The notes beneath the pieces are model-generated. The model did not search any database. It was not told the origin of the DNA and was given only the letters and a program-made list of their open reading frames with translations. From Sphaerisporangium sp. B11E5 (lineage in GTDB: Bacteria > Actinomycetota > Actinomycetes > Streptosporangiales > Streptosporangiaceae): a stretch of DNA of 64,000 nt. A program made the position numbers and the translations under genes. This document shows positions 28,334 through 36,564 of this stretch, one piece after another. The stretch covers positions 108,422-172,421 of the forward strand of contig NZ_JBDPMD010000008.1 in NCBI RefSeq assembly GCF_039871875.1, in the 5' to 3' direction. The number at the start of each line of letters is the position of its first letter. The stretch's first letter is position 1.

Positions 28334-29163
28334 TGGAGGCCCTCCTCGGCGAGCTCGGCCGCAGGATCGCCGACCGCTGGCTCGTGCAGCTCGTGCTGCC
28401 CGGCCTGTTGTGGCTGGCCGCGGCCGTCACCGCGCTGACCCTCGGCCACGCCCACGCCCTGGACGGCGGACGCCTGCTGCGCCGGGCCGACCTCGCCGCC
28501 ATGGCCGTCCCCGCCCGTCCCGTCCCGATCGCGGTGACCATCGCCGCCGCCCTGGCCCTGGCCGCCCTCGCGGGGCTGGCCGCGCAGGCCGCGGCCCGCG
28601 CGCTGCAGTCGATCTGGGTCGGCCAGTGGAGACCGCCCGCCGCCGCTCTTGGCGCGCGGCTCACCGCCCGCCGCGCCGGGGACGCCCGCGCGAGGTACGC
28701 CCGCCCGCCCTTCCCCGAGCGTTACCTCCCGGCCCGTCCCACCTGGATCGGCGACCGCCTGCGCCTGGCCGGTGAGCGCGTCGACGCCCAGTACGGCCTG
28801 CGTCTCCCTGTCATCTGGACCGCCCTGTGGCAGGTCATGGACGACGCGGCCCGTGCCCCCGTGCGCGACGCCCGCGACGACTTCGACCAGGCACTGAGAC
28901 TCGCCGCCTGGGGTGTGCTCCACACCGCCGTGGGCCTCGCGTGGTGGCCGGGCCTGCTCGCCGGCGCCCTGACGTTCGCCGTCGCCTGGCGCAGGGGCCG
29001 CGACGCCGCCGCCACGCTGGCCGACGTCGTCGAGGCGACCGTCGACACCCATCACCGCGCCCTGGCCGAGGCCCTGGGCGTCGCGTTACCGCACGGCCGG
29101 CTTACGCCCGCGGAAAGCGCATCGATCAACGACCTTCTTCACAAAGGCCATTCCCGCCCCTGA
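28333..29163 (+). CDS. Hypothetical polytopic membrane protein (277 aa)
   Basis: Start ATG overlaps the upstream stop (TGATG). At least 3-4 TM helices. Confidence 0.55.
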   Translation: MEALLGELGRRIADRWLVQLVLPGLLWLAAAVTALTLGHAHALDGGRLLRRADLAAMAVPARPVPIAVTIAAALALAALAGLAAQAAARALQSIWVGQWRPPAAALGARLTARRAGDARARYARPPFPERYLPARPTWIGDRLRLAGERVDAQYGLRLPVIWTALWQVMDDAARAPVRDARDDFDQALRLAAWGVLHTAVGLAWWPGLLAGALTFAVAWRRGRDAAATLADVVEATVDTHHRALAEALGVALPHGRLTPAESASINDLLHKGHSRP

Positions 29164-29291
29164 GTAATAGATCATGTTTTTCGCCGTGACCGGCGCCGCT
29201 GTTCCCCTTTTTCCGGCAAATGCGCGACGTAGGATATTAGCCCGCCAGTTCAGCGCCAGAACGTGAACCGGCTCGGGGAAAACGTACGCCG

Positions 29292-31019
29292 GTGGGAGCC
29301 GTTCACGGAAGGTCGTACGACGTGGAGCCGAGGGCATGGGAGCCGTTGGGGGACGGCGATCCCCGGACACTGGGGTCGTACCGGCTGCTCGGGCGTCTCG
29401 GGGAGGGCGGCATGGGGATCGTCTACCTCGGTGAGGACGTCCACGGGCTGAAGGTCGCGATCAAGGTGGTGCGGAAGGAGTACGCCGCGTCGCCGGCCTT
29501 CCGGCGGAGGTTCCAGGCCGAGGTGGAGGCGGCGCGGCGCGTCCGGTCGTTCTGCACCGCGCCGGTGCTCGCATGGCGGCTGGACGACTCGCGGATCCAC
29601 CTGGTCACCGAGTACGTCGACGGTCCCGACCTCGGGCGCGCGGTGGACGAGCGGGGGCCGTTCGAGGGCTCCAACCTGGAGGCCCTCGCGGTGGGCACGG
29701 CCACGGCGCTCGCCGCCATCCACCAGGCCGGGCTGGTGCACCGCGACTTCAAGCCGGAGAACGTGCTGCTGTCCCCGGTCGCGCCCCGGGTCATCGACTT
29801 CGGGCTGGCCCGGCCCCTGGACATGACCAAGCGCCTCACCGAGCCGGGCAACATCGTGGGCACGCCGCGGTACATGGCGCCGGAGGTGCTGGACCCCGCG
29901 CGGGTGACCACGGCGTACGACGTCTTCGCCTGGGGCGGTGTCATGGTGTTCGCCGCCACGGGACGCCCGCCGTTCGACGGCGACAGCCTGCTGCACCTGC
30001 TGCACCGCATCACCCACGACCAGCCCGACCTGGACGGCCTGCCCGAGGGCCTCGCCAAGGTCGTGGCCGCCGCGATGGCCAAGGACCCCGCCGAGCGGCC
30101 CACCGCCTGGGACCTGCTCACCACGCTGGTCGGCCCCGGCGCCGACCCCGCGCGCACCGCCGAGATGGTCCGCATGGACCTGACCCGCGCCGAGATCGTC
30201 CTCTGCGGCCCGCAGGCCCGCGCCGAGTACGCCGACCGGCTGACGCGGTCGCTGCGCGAGGACGGCCTGCCCGTGCGCTCGGCCTACGAGGCGCCGGACG
30301 GCGACCAGCGGCTGGACGGCGCGCCGGCCCTCGTCGCCCTGATGACGCCGGACGAGCCGGAACCCGTGGCCCGCGCGCTGAGCGACGCCCGGCGCCTCGG
30401 CGTCCCGGTGCTGCGTGTGCTGCTCGCCGGGCACGAGCCCGGCCACGTGCGCTTCTACGACGCCAGGGACGGCTCGCTGCCCGGCGAGGCCGAGATCGCG
30501 TGGCTGCGGCGCCTGTGCGAGACGCCGCCAAGACCCGCGCGTGCCGTCCCCGCCGCGGGCCTGGAGAGGTTGCGCCGTCTCACCGCCGCCGGGGACCTGG
30601 TGGCCGCCGACACCCTGACCACGGCGCTCCTGCTCGACGCCGCGGGGCGCACCGAGGAGGGCTGGATGGCGCAGTCGGACGGCGCACGCCTGACCACCCC
30701 GTTCCTGCGCGACATCGAGGCCGCCTGGGCGGACGGCACGGCGGGGCGGCACGGGTTCGCCGCGCAGCTCGGCCGGTACTGGGGCCACCAGCGCGCCGGC
30801 ACGCGGACCGATTTCACCGAACTGGCACGGGCGCTCGGCTGGACTGTGAACTTATCCGCAAAAAATGGGACATATCCCCAATGGGCTACCCGCTCGGATT
30901 ATCGGCCGGGTTTCTTTCCCACGCTCCGCAATCCATCCCGAGAGTTGCAAAATGGATGGTACGACCGGTGGACGCTGACGGTCATGGCGGTTCACCATCA
31001 GCTTCGGAGACGCCTGTGA
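29292..31019 (+). CDS. Ser/Thr protein kinase (Hanks-type) with ~300-aa C-terminal non-kinase domain
   Basis: GRLGEGGMGIVY…AIKVV…HRDFKPENVLL…DFGLA…GTPRYMAPE. Start uncertain (GTG 29292). Confidence 0.8.
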   Translation: MGAVHGRSYDVEPRAWEPLGDGDPRTLGSYRLLGRLGEGGMGIVYLGEDVHGLKVAIKVVRKEYAASPAFRRRFQAEVEAARRVRSFCTAPVLAWRLDDSRIHLVTEYVDGPDLGRAVDERGPFEGSNLEALAVGTATALAAIHQAGLVHRDFKPENVLLSPVAPRVIDFGLARPLDMTKRLTEPGNIVGTPRYMAPEVLDPARVTTAYDVFAWGGVMVFAATGRPPFDGDSLLHLLHRITHDQPDLDGLPEGLAKVVAAAMAKDPAERPTAWDLLTTLVGPGADPARTAEMVRMDLTRAEIVLCGPQARAEYADRLTRSLREDGLPVRSAYEAPDGDQRLDGAPALVALMTPDEPEPVARALSDARRLGVPVLRVLLAGHEPGHVRFYDARDGSLPGEAEIAWLRRLCETPPRPARAVPAAGLERLRRLTAAGDLVAADTLTTALLLDAAGRTEEGWMAQSDGARLTTPFLRDIEAAWADGTAGRHGFAAQLGRYWGHQRAGTRTDFTELARALGWTVNLSAKNGTYPQWATRSDYRPGFFPTLRNPSRELQNGWYDRWTLTVMAVHHQLRRRL

Positions 31020-32986
31020 AGTTGTTCGAGGACCTACGAGTGATCATCACACTCGTCGGCCTGATTTTACTCACGTTGGTATGGATCATCACCGGCCACG
31101 AATTCAGCACCCTGGTCATCGTGCTGCTCACCCTCGCTGTCGTCTTCGGCGCCCCGATGCTCGCGTGGCGTCTCTACAACCGGTGGATGATCCATGTGCC
31201 GGGGGACAGCATCGGCGTCGTCCACCGCAGGCTCGGGCGGCTGCACCCCGGGGACATCTACGGGGTGAGCCTCTACGGCTCGCCGGGTCCCCAGGCCACG
31301 GTGCTCGGCCCGAACGCGGTCGTCTGGCTTCCGCCGTTCGTCTACTCGGTGGAGTTCGTCCCGCTGGTCGTCATCCCGATCGACTCGATCGGCGTGGTCA
31401 GCGCCAAGGTCGGCGCGCTCCTGCCCGCGGGCAGGGTGCTCGGACGCCACGTCGAGTGCGACTACTTCCAGAAGGGCCACAACTTCCTCGCCGGGGGCGG
31501 CGAGCAGGGGCCCCAGCTCGCGGTCCTCCAAGGCGGAGGCCGTTACGCCATCAACCCGTACATGTTCGACGTGCTGGTGAAGCCGGTGACCTACATCCGC
31601 CCCGGCAACATCGGGGTGGTCGTCGCGCGGGTCGGGGAGAACCTCCCGCACGGCCGGCCGTTCGGCCGCCACGTCGAGTGCGACTACTTCCAGGACGGGC
31701 CGGGCTTCCTCGCCCGCGGCGGGCAGCAGGGCCCGCAGCTCGCCGTCCTGCAGGGCGGCAACCGGTACAACATCAACCCGTACATCTTCGACGTGATCAC
31801 CGAGGACAACGTCGAGTCCAGCCGCACGGGGCTGACCAAGGAGGACCTGAAGCTCATCTCGCTGCTGGACGGCAACACGGGCGTCGTCGTGGTCCGCGAG
31901 GGCGCCCCCGTCCCCGACGGGACCGAGCTCGCCCCGCGGATCCCCGGCCACAACCGGTTCCAGCTCCCCTGGGTCTTCCTGGAGCGGGGCGGCCGGCAGG
32001 GCACCCAGACCGAGACCCTGCCCGGCGGCGCCGACTACGCCATCAACCCCTGGTTCGCCCGCGTCGTGCGCATCCCGACAAGGGAGCTGATCCTGGAGTG
32101 GGCGGACAAGGACGGTCCCGACGACCGGTACGACTCGGCGTTGCAGCCGATCCCCGTGACCATCGAAGGGCACACCTTGCGCGTGCACCTCACCCAGACC
32201 CTGCGCATCCCCGCGGAGTCGGCGCCGTTGCTGGTCAGGAGGTTCGGCGAGCAGGAGACCGCGGACGCCGACCAGTTCGGCTTCGTGGCCAGGCCCGCGC
32301 CGGTCAAGCGGTTCGTGGAGCGGGTCCTCGGCTCGGTGGTGATCGGATACTTCTCCTCCATCTCCGCCGAGTACCGCATCACCGACTTCGTGGACAGCCC
32401 GCAGCGTGTGCAGGCGGACCTGCAGACCAGCATCGAGCGCAAGCTGGAGGAGTGGTCGGTCGTCGCCACCAACACCACCATCGGGCGTATCGAGTTCGAG
32501 GACTCCAAGTTCAACGACATGCGCCAGACCCGGGTCGTCGCGCGGGAACAGCACCCGCTGCTCGAACAGGAGGAGCGCAACGCGCGGATCCGGCGCCGCA
32601 TAGAACTGGACGACCTGGAGGTGGACCGGGCCCGCCGCGAGGTGGAGGTCGGCACCGAGGTGCGGGTGCTCATCCAGATGCTCGGCCGCGAACAGGTCGC
32701 CAAGGAGCGCTTCATCGCCCTGCTCACCAAGATGGGCGTCCCGTCGGTGATCGCGTCCGGCGGCGACGCGGACTCCATCACCCAGTGGATCACCCCGACG
32801 GCGCTGGTGGAGGCCATCAACAGGGCGATGAGCGAAGGCAGGGGGGCGATCGCCGGCGGCACGGCGAACGGCGCCCCGCCGGCGCACCCGGACGGCACCC
32901 AGGAGGACGTCCCTGAGCGGCGCCCTCATTCGTCCACGGGCTCGGCCGACCCCTCGGGGGAGACCTTCCAGGCGCCGGGGGTGTAG
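31016..32986 (+). CDS. Flotillin/SPFH-like membrane protein with triplicated N-terminal module and C-terminal coiled coil
   Basis: GTG start overlaps the kinase stop (GTGA), with GGAG 8 nt upstream. Short N-terminus then a TM helix. IGVV…G…LP…GR…GPQLAVLQGG.RY.INPY.FDV module is repeated 3 times. Charged coiled-coil EQEERNARIRRRIELDDLEVDRARREVEV. Family assignment is tentative. Confidence 0.55.
   Translation: MKLFEDLRVIITLVGLILLTLVWIITGHEFSTLVIVLLTLAVVFGAPMLAWRLYNRWMIHVPGDSIGVVHRRLGRLHPGDIYGVSLYGSPGPQATVLGPNAVVWLPPFVYSVEFVPLVVIPIDSIGVVSAKVGALLPAGRVLGRHVECDYFQKGHNFLAGGGEQGPQLAVLQGGGRYAINPYMFDVLVKPVTYIRPGNIGVVVARVGENLPHGRPFGRHVECDYFQDGPGFLARGGQQGPQLAVLQGGNRYNINPYIFDVITEDNVESSRTGLTKEDLKLISLLDGNTGVVVVREGAPVPDGTELAPRIPGHNRFQLPWVFLERGGRQGTQTETLPGGADYAINPWFARVVRIPTRELILEWADKDGPDDRYDSALQPIPVTIEGHTLRVHLTQTLRIPAESAPLLVRRFGEQETADADQFGFVARPAPVKRFVERVLGSVVIGYFSSISAEYRITDFVDSPQRVQADLQTSIERKLEEWSVVATNTTIGRIEFEDSKFNDMRQTRVVAREQHPLLEQEERNARIRRRIELDDLEVDRARREVEVGTEVRVLIQMLGREQVAKERFIALLTKMGVPSVIASGGDADSITQWITPTALVEAINRAMSEGRGAIAGGTANGAPPAHPDGTQEDVPERRPHSSTGSADPSGETFQAPGV
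31380..32050. repeat. Intragenic ~222-bp tandem triplication (e.g. CACGTCGAGTGCGACTACTTCCAG at 31448 and 31670)
   Basis: 24-nt exact DNA repeat at 222-bp spacing. Protein repeats are ~74 aa. Confidence 0.7.
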
Positions 32987-35079
32987 GGGTACGGCGACGT
33001 GGGCCGTTCCCGCTCGCGGTCCCAGACGTACGAGGCGTACTGGTCGAGCGCGAAGTACGGGGCGTCCAGCCGGGTGGCCCAGTGGGCCACCCAGGCGTGG
33101 GCGGTCAGCGTGCGGGGGTGCCGCTTCCCGTGGCGGTGCCGCAGCAGGAGTCTGAGCATGTCGGTCAGGCGGAAGGCATCCATGGCCTGGCCGGCTTCGC
33201 CCGTCCACCGGGCGAGCTGGGAGAACAGGGCGACCCCGGTGTCGTCGTCGAGGAGGCCCTGGGCGACCCGCAGGGAGAGCAGCTCCTTGGCGAGGTCCCT
33301 GGCGTCCCCTGGGCGGCCGGCCTCCCCGGTCCAGCGGATGAGCTGCACGGCGACGGCCATGGTGTCCGGATCCGTCATGTCCGGCGGGACGCGCGCCTCC
33401 AGGATCCGGGCGCACAGGTCGCTCGCCCGCGCCGGGTCGCCCGCCTCGCCGGTCCAGTACGCCTCCTCGGCTCGCATGCGCAGCACCCAGGCATCAAGCT
33501 CGTCGCCGTGCGCGTCGGCGAGCCGCCGGTACTGGTCGCGGGCGGCCTCGGGGTCGCCGGCCTCGCCGGTCCAGTGGGCGAGCTCGGAGCGCGCGTCCAG
33601 GGTGTCGGGGTGCCGGGGACCGGCGGCCCGCTCCCACGCGGCGGCGATGTCCGCGAACAGATCGCGTGCCCGGGCCGCGTCCCCCGACTTCCCGGTCCAG
33701 TGCGCGAGCTTGGCGCGCACGGCGAGGGTCGCCGGGGCGTCGCGGCCGGCGTCCCGTTCCCGCACCCAGGCGAGCACGGTGTACAGGTCGCGCGCCCCGG
33801 CCGCGTCACCGGTCGCGCCCCTCCAGTAGGCCAGGTTGCCCCGGGTGATCAGCGTCTCCGGGTCCTCGTACCCCGTGACCCGCTCCCGGACCGGCAGCAG
33901 CGCCTCGTACATGGCGAGCGCCTCCTCCCCGCGGCCGGACCTGCCGGTCCAGTAGGCGAGGTTGGCCCGCGTGGTCAGCGTCTCCGGGTGCTCCTCCCCG
34001 AGCACGACCTCACGCACGGGCAGCAGCTCGGCGTACCGCGCCCGCGCCCCCTCGGGATCCCCCGCCTCGCCCGTCCAGCGCGCCAGGTTGGCCCACACCG
34101 TCAGCGTCTCGACGTGCTCCTCCCCGAGCACCCGATTGCATACGGGCAGCAGCTCCGCGTACAACTCCCGTGCTCCGGCCGCGTCCCCCGCCCGTCCCGT
34201 CCAGTACGCGAGGTTGGCCCGCGTGGTCAACGTCTCCGGATGCTCCACCCCGAGCACCCGCCCACTCGCCCCCACCAGCGCCGCGTACTGCTCCCGCGCC
34301 CCCGCCGCGTCCCCCGTCTCCCCGGCCCAGTACGCCAGCCACCCCCGGTTCCGCAGCGTCACCGCGTCCTCGGCCTCCCCGGTCACCGGGGTTCCCCCGT
34401 CCCCGGCCGGCCCGCGTCCGCTCCCGGCGGGAGATTCCTTGTCCCCGGCCGGCCCGCGTCCACTCCTGGCGGGAGATTCCTTGTCCCCGGCCGGCCCGCG
34501 TCCGCTCCTGGCCGGAGTGTCCTCGTCCCCGGCCGGCCCGGCCTCGTCCACCCCAGGCATGCCTTCGGCCACCGCGGGCCCCGCCTCGGACACCTCCTCG
34601 GCCACCTCGGCCACCGGCGCGGCCAGCGGCATCGCCGCGGCCGGCCTATCGGCCGGAGGTGGCCCGGCGGTCCGCGCCGGGGGCGGTCCGGGCGGGGCAT
34701 CCGCCGGGGGCCGTCCGGCCGCCTCCTCCGCCGGGGCCCTCTCCGGAGGCGTCCCCGGCTCGCCCCGCTCGAGGTCGGCCACGATCGCCGCGAGCTCGCG
34801 CGCGTACGGCGGGCCGGCGTCCGCGGCGGCCTCCAGCGTGAGACGCGCCGCGCGCATGGTGTCCAGGCCGGGCAGCCCGCCGGCGGCCTCCTGCTCCAGC
34901 CGGACGAGGGCCGTGGTGTCGCCCCCCGCCGAGGCCACCAGGTCGCGCAGCCGTCCCGCCGCCGGGCCGCCCGCGGCCCCGGCACTCAGGCCCCACACCA
35001 GATGGGCCACGGCCCGCCCGGCGAGCTCCTCGAACTCGGTCACCCTCTCGATGTAGCGCACCCTCGCCCGCGCCGCCAC
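32926..35079 (-). CDS. Tetratricopeptide-repeat protein (~11 TPR_10/12-like units with LAYWTGEAGD core) with Pro/Gly-rich N-terminal region
   Basis: Repeated motif EHPETLTTRANLAYWTGRAGDAAGAREL… GTG start at complement 35079. 3' end overlaps the convergent flotillin-like gene by 61 nt. Confidence 0.7.
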   Translation of the reverse strand: MAARARVRYIERVTEFEELAGRAVAHLVWGLSAGAAGGPAAGRLRDLVASAGGDTTALVRLEQEAAGGLPGLDTMRAARLTLEAAADAGPPYARELAAIVADLERGEPGTPPERAPAEEAAGRPPADAPPGPPPARTAGPPPADRPAAAMPLAAPVAEVAEEVSEAGPAVAEGMPGVDEAGPAGDEDTPARSGRGPAGDKESPARSGRGPAGDKESPAGSGRGPAGDGGTPVTGEAEDAVTLRNRGWLAYWAGETGDAAGAREQYAALVGASGRVLGVEHPETLTTRANLAYWTGRAGDAAGARELYAELLPVCNRVLGEEHVETLTVWANLARWTGEAGDPEGARARYAELLPVREVVLGEEHPETLTTRANLAYWTGRSGRGEEALAMYEALLPVRERVTGYEDPETLITRGNLAYWRGATGDAAGARDLYTVLAWVRERDAGRDAPATLAVRAKLAHWTGKSGDAARARDLFADIAAAWERAAGPRHPDTLDARSELAHWTGEAGDPEAARDQYRRLADAHGDELDAWVLRMRAEEAYWTGEAGDPARASDLCARILEARVPPDMTDPDTMAVAVQLIRWTGEAGRPGDARDLAKELLSLRVAQGLLDDDTGVALFSQLARWTGEAGQAMDAFRLTDMLRLLLRHRHGKRHPRTLTAHAWVAHWATRLDAPYFALDQYASYVWDRERERPTSPYPYTPGAWKVSPEGSAEPVDE
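34399..34545. repeat. 42-bp tandem repeat (~3.5 copies) GTCCCCGGCCGGCCCGCGTCCGCTCCCGGCGGGAGATTCCTT encoding PARSGRGPAGDKES
   Basis: Near-identical adjacent copies are visible. Confidence 0.75.
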
Positions 35080-35104
35080 CCATTCACCCAGGGAAGTCCA
35101 GCGA

Positions 35105-35185
35105 AATGGCGATATCTCATGACTGCTGGAAATTCTCCCTACCGATATCGCCCTGGATATCGAGGCCGCACGATATATCCGTCAT
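35105..35185. promoter_or_regulatory. Divergent promoter region with clustered GATATC-containing inverted repeats (GGCGATATC…GATATCGCC, GGATATCG, GATATATC)
   Basis: Four GATATC/GATATATC cores within 80 bp of locally AT-richer DNA, between the divergent TPR gene and the membrane-protein locus. Confidence 0.4.
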
Positions 35186-35455
35186 ATGCTGCCCATCGTG
35201 CAGTGGGTGGATGATTTACTCGGCCTCGTCCAGGAGCTCCTGGCGGCCTTCGGCGCCGACGTGAGCCTCCTCACGCTCCGCAGGATCTTATGGCTGCTCG
35301 TGGGCGTTCTCCTGCTGTACTGGACCGCCAAATTGATCAAATCACTTCTGTCGTTCGGCGAAAGTGCGTACGGCTTCGCCCGCCGCCAGATCAGGAGAAG
35401 TTCTGGCGCGAGACGGACAAGATGGCGCCCTTCATCAGCTTCGTTCTCCTGGTGA
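35186..35455 (+). CDS. Small hydrophobic ORF (strong coding signal 35186-35395); possibly the frameshifted N-terminus of the downstream membrane protein
   Basis: GC3 is above 85% in this frame up to ~35395. After that, coding signal switches to the +1 frame that contains the ATG at 35422. Confidence 0.3.
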   Translation: MLPIVQWVDDLLGLVQELLAAFGADVSLLTLRRILWLLVGVLLLYWTAKLIKSLLSFGESAYGFARRQIRRSSGARRTRWRPSSASFSW

Positions 35456-36471
35456 TCGCTTACGCCTTCTACGGCCAGGAACAGAAACGCACGCTGCCCG
35501 ACGCCCTTCTCCACCTCGGAAAGGAGCAACTGGCGGAGGTGCTGCCGGCGGCGATCGTGACGCAGTGGGTGTTGCTGATCGGGTTCTGGCTGCTGTTCGG
35601 CCTGCTCCTCGGAACGCCGTTCGGGAAGCTTGCCTCGCCGCTCACCACGATGGCCTTCCTGCTGGTGCTCACGGGCTACCTGGCGGTGTTCACCCCGGCG
35701 CTGATGGCGTTGTTCTCGGGCGGCGCCGGGCGGGCGGAGATGGGCGTGTTCGCGCTGGCCGTACCGCTGATGTACGCCGGCTACGTCCTGGAGGGCCCGG
35801 AGCGGCGGCTGGAGGTGGCCCGGCTGCGTCGCGAGATGCGGGCCCAGCAGGGGCTCCCCGAGGTGCGGCGCGGGCCGGTGCGCCGGCTGCTGTGGGGGAG
35901 CGAGGAGGGGCCGCGTTCGCGCTGGCTGCCGCCGCCGGGGTATGTCGCGGCCGGGGTCTTCGCCGTGTTCCTGCTGTTCTCGCTCCTGGTGGGGGTCGTC
36001 TACGGCGTCAAGGCGTTCGGTGAGCCGCGTCCGCCGTCACCGGACGAGGTCGTGCGCGGCGTGCTGGTCCTGATGACGTTCCTGTTCCTGCTGTCGTGCT
36101 TCTCCTTCAGGACCACCGCGCTGACAGATCTGAACCCGCCACCGGCGCTGTTCCACTTCGTGGACCTCAGCCTGGCGCTGTCCGCCTGCGTGGTGGCCGT
36201 GGTGGGCCTGCCGGACTCGCCGGTGACGCTCGGCCCCGTGCCGCCGTGGATGATCGCGGTGGGGCCGCCGCTGGTGGTCGCGGCGCTGATCCTCGGCATC
36301 CATCTGCGGGAGCAGCGCGCGGACACGCCGCGCTGGGGTGTCTGCCTGGCGGTCAGCGTGGGGGTGGCCCTGCTGGTGTGGCCGCTGAAGATCCTGCTCA
36401 TCGAGGTGTTGCCGCCGTACCTGCGCCTGTTGCCGCTGCCGGGCTGGGTGCCGCTCGCCGGGGGGTGGTGA
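35422..36471 (+). CDS. Hypothetical polytopic membrane protein (~349 aa)
   Basis: MAPFISFVLLVIAYAFYG… with about 9 TM helices and good GC3. Confidence 0.6.
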   Translation: MAPFISFVLLVIAYAFYGQEQKRTLPDALLHLGKEQLAEVLPAAIVTQWVLLIGFWLLFGLLLGTPFGKLASPLTTMAFLLVLTGYLAVFTPALMALFSGGAGRAEMGVFALAVPLMYAGYVLEGPERRLEVARLRREMRAQQGLPEVRRGPVRRLLWGSEEGPRSRWLPPPGYVAAGVFAVFLLFSLLVGVVYGVKAFGEPRPPSPDEVVRGVLVLMTFLFLLSCFSFRTTALTDLNPPPALFHFVDLSLALSACVVAVVGLPDSPVTLGPVPPWMIAVGPPLVVAALILGIHLREQRADTPRWGVCLAVSVGVALLVWPLKILLIEVLPPYLRLLPLPGWVPLAGGW

Positions 36472-36564
36472 GGCGCGTGAGCGTGTTGCCGGCTGCCGTA
36501 GGGTAACGCCATTGTTCGTGCGCCGCACGCGCCCGAATGGTACGCACGGGGTGAGGAGAGGCCG

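Noticed and set aside
26008-29163. 1051-aa ORF spanning the CHAT gene 3' half through the membrane protein
   Set aside because: Only its last 277 codons (from the ATG at 28333) have coding character. The upstream part is an out-of-frame overlap of the CHAT gene.
30881-31015. Alternative upstream starts (ATG 30881 / 30956) for the flotillin-like gene
   Set aside because: Third-position composition in that frame is AT-rich and non-coding-like, and it would overlap the kinase by 64-139 nt. The GTG at 31016 gives classic GTGA coupling with an RBS.
29573-32986. 1137-aa ORF spanning kinase and flotillin-like gene
   Set aside because: The first 481 codons are the +1 frame of the kinase gene (Arg/Pro-rich nonsense). 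Real coding begins at the GTG at 31016.
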